From Marine Group II euryarchaeote MED-G34 (GTDB lineage Archaea > Thermoplasmatota > Poseidoniia > Poseidoniales > Thalassarchaeaceae), in contig NTJT01000005.1 in the NCBI GenBank assembly GCA_002457605.1, forward strand, positions 1 to 58,364: a stretch of DNA of 58,364 bases, written 5' to 3'. Position 1 is the stretch's first letter. Each line of letters starts with the position of its first letter. Of this stretch, positions 1 through 8,246 are shown piece by piece. Under the pieces are notes generated by a model. That model made no database searches and was not told the origin of the DNA. It saw only the letters and a list, made by a program, of their open reading frames with translations. The translations under genes were made by a program, and so were the position numbers.

Positions 1-2
1 GG

Positions 3-1907
3 ACTGTAGGAAACTTCACCGACGGCAACAATGGTTACCAGATGTCGGATGTCGATGGAATCGCCACTCTAGCTCTCGATGACATAACAGCAGAAGTAAT
101 GACTTTCGACTTCTTCCTACAGGACACCGGATACGAGACCTCAACCCCCGTGGACTACCTAGTCATCAGATTCATCGGCGCGAACAACGATATCGAAATC
201 ATCAACACCACGGGCTACGACATCGACACTGACAACTCGTCATGGCTCGGCACGTGGACGACGATGACGGTGATGATAGGAGCAGCCGGGCACGGTCATC
301 TAGAAGTTGAATTCGCCTCGAACTCTGCTATGGAAGCCCTGTATCTAGACAACATACAGTTCACCTCGACAGTGGTGCTCAATGCCGACTTGGATGATGA
401 CGGCGACGGCTGGCTCGATGTCGATGAGACCGACTGCGGCACCGACCCCCTAGACGGCAATGATGTTCCAGTTGATACTGATTCTAACGGAATCTGTGAC
501 GCCCTTGAGGGTGGTGACTTCGATGGTGACGGGATACCCAATGACAGCGATCCCGACGACGACAACGACGGCTGGGATGATACCGATGAGACTTCATGCA
601 ACACTAATCCGTTGAATTCGGACTCAACTCCGACAGACACGGACGGTGATGGAATATGCGACTACCTCGACTCTGACGATGATGGTGATGGTGTCGAGGA
701 TGGTAACGACTGCGATCCTCTCGACCCCGACGAATCCACTGACAACGACATGGATGGAATCTGCGATGGAGCGGATGATGATGATGACAATGACGGGGTT
801 TTGGACGATGATGATGCGTTCCCAGAAGACCCCTCGGAGTGGTCGGATACCGATGGAGATGGCAAGGGGGACAACTCCGATGACGATGATGACAATGATG
901 GTATCTCCGATCTGATGGAGGAAATGTGCTTCTCGGACTCGCTCGATGCCAACTCGGTCCCGACGGACACCGATGGCGATGGTGAATGCGATCCCATAGA
1001 CTACGACGACGACGGTGATGGCTACTTCGATGATATCGAGCAGAACTGCCAGTCTGACGAGCTAGACCCTAACTCGGTCCCAGTGGACTCAGATGGGGAT
1101 GGCGTATGCGACCTTCTGGACAGCGATTCTGACAACGACGGAGTGGATGATGCGGATGATGCGTTTCCTGATGATGCAAATGAGTGGGTTGACACAGACA
1201 TGGACGGCTGGGGGGACAACGCTGACGTCGATGACGACGGAGATGGCTGGCTGGATGTTGACGAGGACTCCTGTGGAAGCGACTCAATGGATTCGGGTTC
1301 CGTCCCTGCAGACTTAGACGGCGATGGCGATTGCGATGGTGAGGATTACGACATAGATGGCGATGGAGTCATGAACCCTGACGATGATTTCCCGGATGAT
1401 TCCAGCGAGTGGTTTGATCTCGATGGTGACGGAACTGGGAACAATGCTGACACCGACGATGACGGCGATGGATGGACCGACTCTGATGAGGAGGAATGTG
1501 CCGCGGCTGGCGGGGATGGCGACTCAATGAACGGCAACGTGCAGCCTAATGACAACGATATCGACGGTAATTGCGACGCCCTCGACCCTGACGACGACGG
1601 GGACGGGGTCGCCGATGGGGACGATGCGCTCCCGAACGATGGATCGGAGTGGGATGATACCGACGGCGACGGAATCGGGGACAACGCCGACCTAGACGAC
1701 GACAATGACGGCTGGTCCGATGCTGAAGAGGATGAATGCGGCACTGACCAGTACGACAGCGACAGCACGCCTGTGGACTACGACAGCAACGGGGTGTGCG
1801 ATGCGAACGACCCGATTGTAGAGCCGGAGCCCGAAGGCACCCCTGGGTTTGGCCTGCTATCTGCACTAACGGTGCTCGCTCTCGCAGCTATCGCACGCAG
1901 GGATTGA
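3..1907 (+). CDS. Thrombospondin type-3-like Ca-binding repeat surface protein with PGF-CTERM sorting signal (5'-truncated by the window)
   Basis: Frame is open from the window start. Dozens of DxDxDGxxD / DDDDDNDG repeats with paired Cys. C-terminus GTPGFGLLSALTVLALAAIARRD is PGF + TM + basic tail (archaeosortase substrate). Confidence 0.88.
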   Translation, partial: TVGNFTDGNNGYQMSDVDGIATLALDDITAEVMTFDFFLQDTGYETSTPVDYLVIRFIGANNDIEIINTTGYDIDTDNSSWLGTWTTMTVMIGAAGHGHLEVEFASNSAMEALYLDNIQFTSTVVLNADLDDDGDGWLDVDETDCGTDPLDGNDVPVDTDSNGICDALEGGDFDGDGIPNDSDPDDDNDGWDDTDETSCNTNPLNSDSTPTDTDGDGICDYLDSDDDGDGVEDGNDCDPLDPDESTDNDMDGICDGADDDDDNDGVLDDDDAFPEDPSEWSDTDGDGKGDNSDDDDDNDGISDLMEEMCFSDSLDANSVPTDTDGDGECDPIDYDDDGDGYFDDIEQNCQSDELDPNSVPVDSDGDGVCDLLDSDSDNDGVDDADDAFPDDANEWVDTDMDGWGDNADVDDDGDGWLDVDEDSCGSDSMDSGSVPADLDGDGDCDGEDYDIDGDGVMNPDDDFPDDSSEWFDLDGDGTGNNADTDDDGDGWTDSDEEECAAAGGDGDSMNGNVQPNDNDIDGNCDALDPDDDGDGVADGDDALPNDGSEWDDTDGDGIGDNADLDDDNDGWSDAEEDECGTDQYDSDSTPVDYDSNGVCDANDPIVEPEPEGTPGFGLLSALTVLALAAIARRD

Positions 1908-1983
1908 TGGCGCCGACAGCAGGACTCGAACCTGCGACCTGTGGATTAACAGTCCACCGCTCCACCAACTAAGCTATGTCGGC
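1908..1983 (-). tRNA. tRNA-Asn(GTT)
   Basis: Reverse complement GCCGACATAGCTTAGTTGGT...GTGGA-CTGTTAA-TCCAC...GGTTCGAGTCC...GTCGGCGCCA; cloverleaf, encoded CCA. Confidence 0.96.
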
Positions 1984-2023
1984 CTGACTCGCGGCTGGCC
2001 CCATCCTTCATCAAAGAATCGGA

Positions 2024-2971
2024 TTATTCCCACTCAATTGTTCCGGGTGGTTTGTGAGTGACATCATAGACTACCCGGTTCACTTGTCCCTTGAGGGAAT
2101 TGGTAATCTCTGTACTTATTTCAGCCAGTAAATCATGCGGTATCTCTGAGAACTTGGCACTCATACCGTCTAGACTCGTCACTGCTCTGACTACTACTGT
2201 CTCTCCGTGCACGCGCGCGTCACCGTGCACGCCTACGCTCCTGACTGGGAGCAGGGCTGCAAAATACTGCCAGGGTAGCTCGCACCTTCCCTCTGCCGCC
2301 GCAGCCTGCAGGCGAGTCTCGACAATGTAGCAGGCCTCGCGGCAAGCCGCTACCCTATCTGGTGTGATATCACCGAGTACCCGGACTGCGAGGCCCGGGC
2401 CGGGAAACGGCTGTCGTTCGCTCGACGGGATACCGAGATCGCGGGCGATGGCCCGAACCTCGTCCTTGTAGAACTCGCGCAGTGGCTCGACTATGATTAG
2501 GTCGACATCCTCAGGGAGTCCACCGACGTTGTGGTGCGACTTGATGACATCACGATTTCCACCACCCGACTCTATCCAGTCGGGCGCTATGGTGCCCTGG
2601 ACTAGGAATTTTGCTCCGCATCCTTCCTGTTCGCCTTCGAAGACTCGAATGAATTGCTCACCAATGACCTTGCGCTTCTCCTCTGGGTCAGTGACTCCTG
2701 AAAGATTGTTCAAGAAGCGCTCCGAGGCGTCCACTACCTTGAGTTCAATGCCGAGGTCAGAGAACATATGTGCGACCTCGTCTGACTCGTTCTTGCGCAT
2801 CAGTCCGGTATCGACGTAGACACAGTGCAAGAGACTCCCCACGGCACGGTGGGCTAACACTGCGGCCACCGTGCTGTCTATGCCTCCGGAGCAGGCGATG
2901 ATTGTAGTGTCATCAATCTGAGATTGCAGGGCCTCGACTGCTTCGTCTACCAGCATCTGAGTCTGCATCAA
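2024..2971 (-). CDS. guaAB: GMP synthase, ATP pyrophosphatase subunit B
   Basis: SGGIDS PP-loop, IKSHHNVGGLP, RQPFPGPGLAVR, C-terminal KPPGTIEWE; no glutaminase domain (split archaeal form). Confidence 0.95.
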   Translation of the reverse strand: MMQTQMLVDEAVEALQSQIDDTTIIACSGGIDSTVAAVLAHRAVGSLLHCVYVDTGLMRKNESDEVAHMFSDLGIELKVVDASERFLNNLSGVTDPEEKRKVIGEQFIRVFEGEQEGCGAKFLVQGTIAPDWIESGGGNRDVIKSHHNVGGLPEDVDLIIVEPLREFYKDEVRAIARDLGIPSSERQPFPGPGLAVRVLGDITPDRVAACREACYIVETRLQAAAAEGRCELPWQYFAALLPVRSVGVHGDARVHGETVVVRAVTSLDGMSAKFSEIPHDLLAEISTEITNSLKGQVNRVVYDVTHKPPGTIEWE

Positions 2972-2975
2972 GTGC

Positions 2976-3449
2976 TCACTCCCTCAGCGACTCGTCGTCC
3001 GCAATGACTCTCGCAGTGCGTGACTTTCTCCACTCGGCAAATCTGGAAGAAAGATCAGTGTCGCTCATAGCGAGCATCTGGATGGCTAGCACAGCGGCGT
3101 TATCGCCACGGTCAACGCCTACGGTTGCCACGGGCATCCCAGGTGGCATTTGGACTATTGAAAGCAGACTATCCAGTGGCACCTTACCTCCAACGGGAAC
3201 GCCGATTACCGGCAAGGTAGTCATCGCTGCGACTACCCCTGGAAGGGCTGCTGCCATCCCTGCCATCCCAATGAAAATCTGGCATCCGTCTTCGATGGCA
3301 GTGGTGACAACGTCCTCTAGATATTTAGGAGCTCGATGGGCCGAAGCAACCCTAACTTCGTGTGAGATGTCGAACTCAGAGAGTACGGCAGTGCATTTGT
3401 TGGCGACCGGAAGGTCAGTCTTGGACCCAAGCAGTATGCAGACGTCCAT
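2976..3449 (-). CDS. purE: N5-CAIR mutase (AIR carboxylase)
   Basis: GSKTDL, SAHRAP, AGMAAALPG, SIVQMPPGMPVATV; start placed at MDVCILL. Confidence 0.95.
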   Translation of the reverse strand: MDVCILLGSKTDLPVANKCTAVLSEFDISHEVRVASAHRAPKYLEDVVTTAIEDGCQIFIGMAGMAAALPGVVAAMTTLPVIGVPVGGKVPLDSLLSIVQMPPGMPVATVGVDRGDNAAVLAIQMLAMSDTDLSSRFAEWRKSRTARVIADDESLRE

Positions 3450-3471
3450 GTACTGCCGGGACGTAGTCGGT

Positions 3472-4362
3472 TCAAATGCCTGCCGTCGAATCAGCGTCGT
3501 TGCTCTGCGCGTCGCTGACGAGTAGTCTCTCCGGCCACTCCAGCCCAAGGTCGGCTACCGGCGGCTGGGACAGTAGACTGATGGCCAGAGCCTTTCCGAC
3601 TGATCCGTCGGAGAAGGGGTCGTGAACGAAGCCGACGCCATCGAGCAGCGCAAGGGCGATGAAACGGTCACTACCACGACTGGCCCCTGCAATCACCAAG
3701 TGCCCATACTCACAGCTCATCCTAGCGATTGAACCAGTGGTCCATCTCTCGGAAATCACTTGCCACTCAGAAGATAACTGAGATGAAGATTCCCAAGCCG
3801 ACTGATCGATAGGCAGAAGCCACCTCGCTGCCGGGATTTGCAATATTTTCCCAATTTGGCGGAACGAGCGGAACCATGCGACCCAAAACAGAGTGTAAGC
3901 AATCCAACCAAGAATCGGGCTCAATAGTATGTGAAGAGCAAAAATTGCCGACGCACCAGCAAAGGTCACCCAGTCGAGAGGGAGAGACAAGAGTGTACCC
4001 TCAGACATCGGCTGTGCAGAACGGACTAGGTAGAGCGGTAACAGAATCAGTATCCATGTCAGGGCGAAGAATAGTGCTGCTACGCTCTGATCGTCGGCAG
4101 GGAGACGATCGGGGAGAATGAGGGGGATAGCGGAGAGTAACAGGAACAGCGGTGACCATGCGAGGGGAAACAGTATCGAGGGGGCAACGGGTTGCAGGCG
4201 CTGCCTAGCCCATCCTTTACCGCCCTCCTGAGCAGTTGTGCTCAGCCAAGACTCTGGCGGAGTCAACTCGCCCTCCTTGGCATCTTGCTGCGAGGAGTCG
4301 TCGGGAAGCCTTCTCCACCTAGGTTCGCCCACCAGCCACTGGCGGTCCAGCCCCGCTTCCAT
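3472..4362 (-). CDS. Hypothetical multi-pass membrane protein
   Basis: About four hydrophobic segments; lies between gcvPB and purE in the same orientation; start codon uncertain. Confidence 0.7.
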   Translation of the reverse strand: MEAGLDRQWLVGEPRWRRLPDDSSQQDAKEGELTPPESWLSTTAQEGGKGWARQRLQPVAPSILFPLAWSPLFLLLSAIPLILPDRLPADDQSVAALFFALTWILILLPLYLVRSAQPMSEGTLLSLPLDWVTFAGASAIFALHILLSPILGWIAYTLFWVAWFRSFRQIGKILQIPAARWLLPIDQSAWESSSQLSSEWQVISERWTTGSIARMSCEYGHLVIAGASRGSDRFIALALLDGVGFVHDPFSDGSVGKALAISLLSQPPVADLGLEWPERLLVSDAQSNDADSTAGI

Positions 4363-4402
4363 GGAGTCCGCAAGGGTCGTTAGGTATTGTCCGCTTCGGC
4401 CA

Positions 4403-5914
4403 TCACTCAGGACCGGGATGTCTGAGAACCAAATTACGGGCTGCCCATACCTCATCCACCCTCCTGACGTCAGTGGAGTGAGGCGCGGTGGTCACGATCT
4501 CTGGGTCCTCACCCAGTATCGTGTGAAAGTCAGCGGCGAAACGGTCCATGACCTCCTTCGATTCGGTCTCAGTGGGTTCAATCATCAGACATTCAGGGAC
4601 AATCATAGGGAAATATAGAGTTGGAGCCATGACACCGTAGTCTAGCAACCTCTTGGCCACATCCCTACCAGTGACGCCGACTGCATCCTTCAGAGCGCTC
4701 ATAGACAGAGTAAATTCGTGCTTCACCACCTCGGCAGGAGCTCCGTCTAGCGGCATCGCGTGCATCCTCGCTGCAGTATCCGAATCGGGATTCATGATGC
4801 GGTGACGTAGGTAGTTGGCGTTCAAGACAGCGTGTTCGCTCATCCGCTCTAATTCTCTGCCATACCTGCGGTAGAACGCCCATGCACGGACCACAGCAGC
4901 TGAGTTGCCGTGCCACTGCTGGACCTTACCGATACTGGACTCGCCTACCTCTTTCCAGACATACCAGTAGCCGTCGCCCACTCCAATAGGATCATCTTCG
5001 ACTCGCTCCCTGCGATTGGCTATCGGACTGGGCAGGAAGGCTGCGAGATGAGATTTCACTCCAATTGGGCCGCTACCCGGGCCGCCACCACCGTGTGGCT
5101 GACTGAAGGTCTTGTGGAGATTGTAGTGGACTGCATCGAAACCCATCCGACCAGGGTCAGTCTTGCCTAGGATAGCATTGAAGTTGGCACCATCATAGTA
5201 CATCTGGCCACCGGCTGTGTGAACCATCTCGGCGGCCCGAGAGATGTCGGGCTCGAAGACACCGAGTGTAGAAGGGTTGGTGATCATCATCGCCGCGGTA
5301 TCATCGCCCACTGCTTCCTTGAGTGCAGCAAGATCGATTCTGCCGTCGGCCGCGCTCGGGATTTCTATGATGTCATAGCCGCACATCGCTGCCGAAGCGG
5401 GGTTGGTGCCATGTGCGGAATCTGGGACGATGACTTTGTCACGGTGGTCTTGACCAATGCTGCGATGGTACTCCTGAATGCAGCGCATGGCTGTGAACTC
5501 TCCCTGCGCTCCTGCAACCGGTTGCAGCGTCACCTCGTCCATTCCCGAACAGATTGCGAGCATCTCCTGCATCTCGAAGAATATCGCTAGAAGCCCCTGT
5601 ATCTGGTGCTCTGGTTGCAGAGGGTGGATACGGTCTATTCCTGGCAGTTGGACGATTCTCTCGTTAAGTCGGGGGTTATGTTTCATAGTGCACGAACCCA
5701 GAGGATAGAATCCGGTATCAATGCCGAAGTTCCTTCTCGACAACCAAGTATAATGGCGAACCAGTTCCGGCTCGCTGGCTCTGGGCCAACCAGGAGGAGA
5801 GGCGCGTCGTAGAGGCTCTGGGACTGTGGACCATGATTCATCGACACCTAGCGAAGGGAGTGGCTGAGACCATCCTGCGCCCTCGGCGCCGTTGAAAGCG
5901 AACAAATCGCTCAT
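4403..5914 (-). CDS. gcvPB: Glycine dehydrogenase (decarboxylating) subunit 2
   Basis: YPLGSCTMKHNP, QPVAGAQGE, SAHGTNPASA, PLP site NLHKTFSQPHGGGGPG, MIEPTETES. Confidence 0.95.
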   Translation of the reverse strand: MSDLFAFNGAEGAGWSQPLPSLGVDESWSTVPEPLRRASPPGWPRASEPELVRHYTWLSRRNFGIDTGFYPLGSCTMKHNPRLNERIVQLPGIDRIHPLQPEHQIQGLLAIFFEMQEMLAICSGMDEVTLQPVAGAQGEFTAMRCIQEYHRSIGQDHRDKVIVPDSAHGTNPASAAMCGYDIIEIPSAADGRIDLAALKEAVGDDTAAMMITNPSTLGVFEPDISRAAEMVHTAGGQMYYDGANFNAILGKTDPGRMGFDAVHYNLHKTFSQPHGGGGPGSGPIGVKSHLAAFLPSPIANRRERVEDDPIGVGDGYWYVWKEVGESSIGKVQQWHGNSAAVVRAWAFYRRYGRELERMSEHAVLNANYLRHRIMNPDSDTAARMHAMPLDGAPAEVVKHEFTLSMSALKDAVGVTGRDVAKRLLDYGVMAPTLYFPMIVPECLMIEPTETESKEVMDRFAADFHTILGEDPEIVTTAPHSTDVRRVDEVWAARNLVLRHPGPE

Positions 5915-7278
5915 GAATCAGCCTCCTCAAGCCATGAAGAAAGTCCAGCTGCGAGCGCTTCGATATCAGACTCGCTAGTGCGCTCGTCGGCACCTATGAG
6001 AAGGCAATTAGACATGCCATCCCACCAGACTCCTAAATCGAATCCGCCAAGCACCCCATTAGTGTCTAGGTAGGCCAGAGCGTCTGAAGCCTGTCCAGGA
6101 AGCTTGACGGCGAACTCCCTGAAGTTGTATGCCTGAGGATCGACCAGCTCGATACCATCGATTGAGGTCACCATTCTCTTCGTGGCCTCGGTGGCTGAGG
6201 CCACGCGCAGAGCCAGTCTCTCGATACCTCGTGGACCAAGAAGCGCCATGTGCATGGCCCCCATCAGTGCAATCAGGGTCTCGTTAGAGCAGATGTTCGA
6301 GGTCGCGCGGTGCCTGCGGATGTGCTGTTCACGTGTCGATAACGTAAGTGTGAATGCGCGTTTTCCATCAACATCACTTGTCAGACCGACGATTCTTCCT
6401 GGCATCTGTCTAGTGTATCTCTCGCCGCAGGCAAAGATACCGTAGATTGGCCCGCCGGCTGTCGGGCCTATACCGAACGGTTGACCTTCGCCGACAACAA
6501 TGTCTGCACCCCATTCACCTGGAGGCGCGACAATGCCGAGAGACACGACGTCTACACCAACGATGAGTGCCGTCTCCTCTCCAATAATCTCCTTCAGATT
6601 CATTAGGCCGGGGTCAAGGATACCGAAGGCACTTGGTTGCTCCACATAGACAGCGCAACAGCCAGCAGCCTCGGCAGCAGAGTCCATGTCTATGTGACCG
6701 TCTTCGAGGTGCTCCAGAATCCTAATCTCTAGACCGCTGCCCTGAGTGTAGTTCCTGATAACTTCAAGCCTTTGTGGAGGTACAAACATGGAGACGTAGA
6801 CGACGTTATTCTGTGACGATTTGCGTCGGTGGACGCGTACTGCACAAGTGATGGCCTCGGCCGCTGCAGTCGATGCATCGTACATCGAGACGTTAGCCAC
6901 CGGCAGACCGACCAGTTCGCTCACCATCGTTTGAAATTCCCACATCGCCTGCAGCATCCCTTGACTAACCTCAGGCTGATATGGAGTGTAAGACGTCAGG
7001 AACTCTCCGCGGGTTGCGAGCATTCCGACCATCGTGGGGACGAAATTCCTAGCAAGTCCGGCTGCGAGGAAGCTTGGTCTGTCGTCAAGGCTCACATTAG
7101 CCCCCAACAGTCGCTGGGCATCCGCCCATATCTCCTCCTCTGACTGTGGACCTCGAAGGGGCAGAGGGGTGTCTCTTCGGATATCTTCGGGAATGTCTGA
7201 GAACAACTCGTCGAGCGAACTCATTCCCATTTCAGTGAGCATCTCTTGCTCTCTTCCGAGATTTGGCAATTGGTCCAC
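5911..7278 (-). CDS. gcvPA: Glycine dehydrogenase (decarboxylating) subunit 1
   Basis: EFLTSYTPYQPEVSQG, NVSMYDASTA, TREQHIRRHRATSNICSN; 4-nt overlap with gcvPB. Confidence 0.95.
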   Translation of the reverse strand: MDQLPNLGREQEMLTEMGMSSLDELFSDIPEDIRRDTPLPLRGPQSEEEIWADAQRLLGANVSLDDRPSFLAAGLARNFVPTMVGMLATRGEFLTSYTPYQPEVSQGMLQAMWEFQTMVSELVGLPVANVSMYDASTAAAEAITCAVRVHRRKSSQNNVVYVSMFVPPQRLEVIRNYTQGSGLEIRILEHLEDGHIDMDSAAEAAGCCAVYVEQPSAFGILDPGLMNLKEIIGEETALIVGVDVVSLGIVAPPGEWGADIVVGEGQPFGIGPTAGGPIYGIFACGERYTRQMPGRIVGLTSDVDGKRAFTLTLSTREQHIRRHRATSNICSNETLIALMGAMHMALLGPRGIERLALRVASATEATKRMVTSIDGIELVDPQAYNFREFAVKLPGQASDALAYLDTNGVLGGFDLGVWWDGMSNCLLIGADERTSESDIEALAAGLSSWLEEADS

Positions 7279-7400
7279 TGTGGCATTCTCCCGCCTCTCG
7301 GCGCATCGAGGAGAATAGCGAGAGTCTTCAATGTTCGTCGGTGGCCTAGTCGGACCACCGACACACTCTTAATCGCCCTAAGGGAGTCCGTCTCGATAGC

Positions 7401-8246
7401 ATGAAGGTTGCAATCTCGGCATCTGATGCGTTCGTCGCGCCTTACATCGCTGAAATGCTCGGTGACTCCGCTGTAGTGGTGCCTGATGAAGCGCTTTCTG
7501 ATGCCACCTCTCTCGATGCTATGCTAACTCCTTGCCGTGCCCTCATACACATCAATTCACGCCCCATCGACACCTCGGTAGGGCGTACCGACAGGGAGGC
7601 CTACATCTCGATGAGAGAGGCCTCCAGACCAATCCTAGATGCAGTCGATAGACACGGCGGGATGCACCTGGTAATCCTAGGGACCCTGCGTGTACACCCT
7701 CAGTCGAACCCCGGGGATTCGTACTACGGACTCGAGTCCACACTAGCTCCTCGTGACATCGCAGCCGAGGGGCAATTGTGGGTAGAGGAGAATGCGTTGG
7801 AACGGGCCGAGGCAGAACGACCCGTGAGTATCATCAGGGCATCGAATGTCCAAGGAGTACCTCTGGAAGGCCCACCGGGAAACGGTCTGCTCCATAGATG
7901 GGCCGAGGAGTCTCAGATTGGTTGGATCAATATCCCAGGAGATGGATCCGATCTCAAGGACTTCATACATGTCCAAGACCTAGTCAGAGTGGTTGATGCG
8001 GTTCTTTCAAACCCACCTCCAACCAGAGAGAGCATTGCAGTCGGCTCGGGTAAAGGAATCACAATGGAGGACTTAGCGTCTTCCTACAAGCAGAGGACAG
8101 GTTGCGACCCCGAGTTCGGACAGAGCGATGAGGGAGAGGTCTTCGGAATCGTCGACGCATGGGTGCTCGAGGAAAGGTTTGGTTTCAGACCACAGATTAG
8201 CCTTGAAGAGATGATTGCTGAGGCCTTCGAGGCCGCAGGTCACTGA
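7401..8246 (+). CDS. NAD-dependent epimerase/dehydratase-like (extended SDR fold), degenerate
   Basis: IIRASNVQG, GDGSDLKDFIHVQDLV, VGSGKG, FGFRPQISLEE match the extended-SDR C-terminal half; GxxGxxG and YxxxK are not recognisable. Confidence 0.7.
   Translation: MKVAISASDAFVAPYIAEMLGDSAVVVPDEALSDATSLDAMLTPCRALIHINSRPIDTSVGRTDREAYISMREASRPILDAVDRHGGMHLVILGTLRVHPQSNPGDSYYGLESTLAPRDIAAEGQLWVEENALERAEAERPVSIIRASNVQGVPLEGPPGNGLLHRWAEESQIGWINIPGDGSDLKDFIHVQDLVRVVDAVLSNPPPTRESIAVGSGKGITMEDLASSYKQRTGCDPEFGQSDEGEVFGIVDAWVLEERFGFRPQISLEEMIAEAFEAAGH

Noticed and set aside
296-1866. Ser-rich antisense and alternate-frame ORFs over the first gene (and similar shadow ORFs throughout)
   Set aside because: They are by-products of GAC/GAT-rich coding on the opposite strand and show no motifs of their own.
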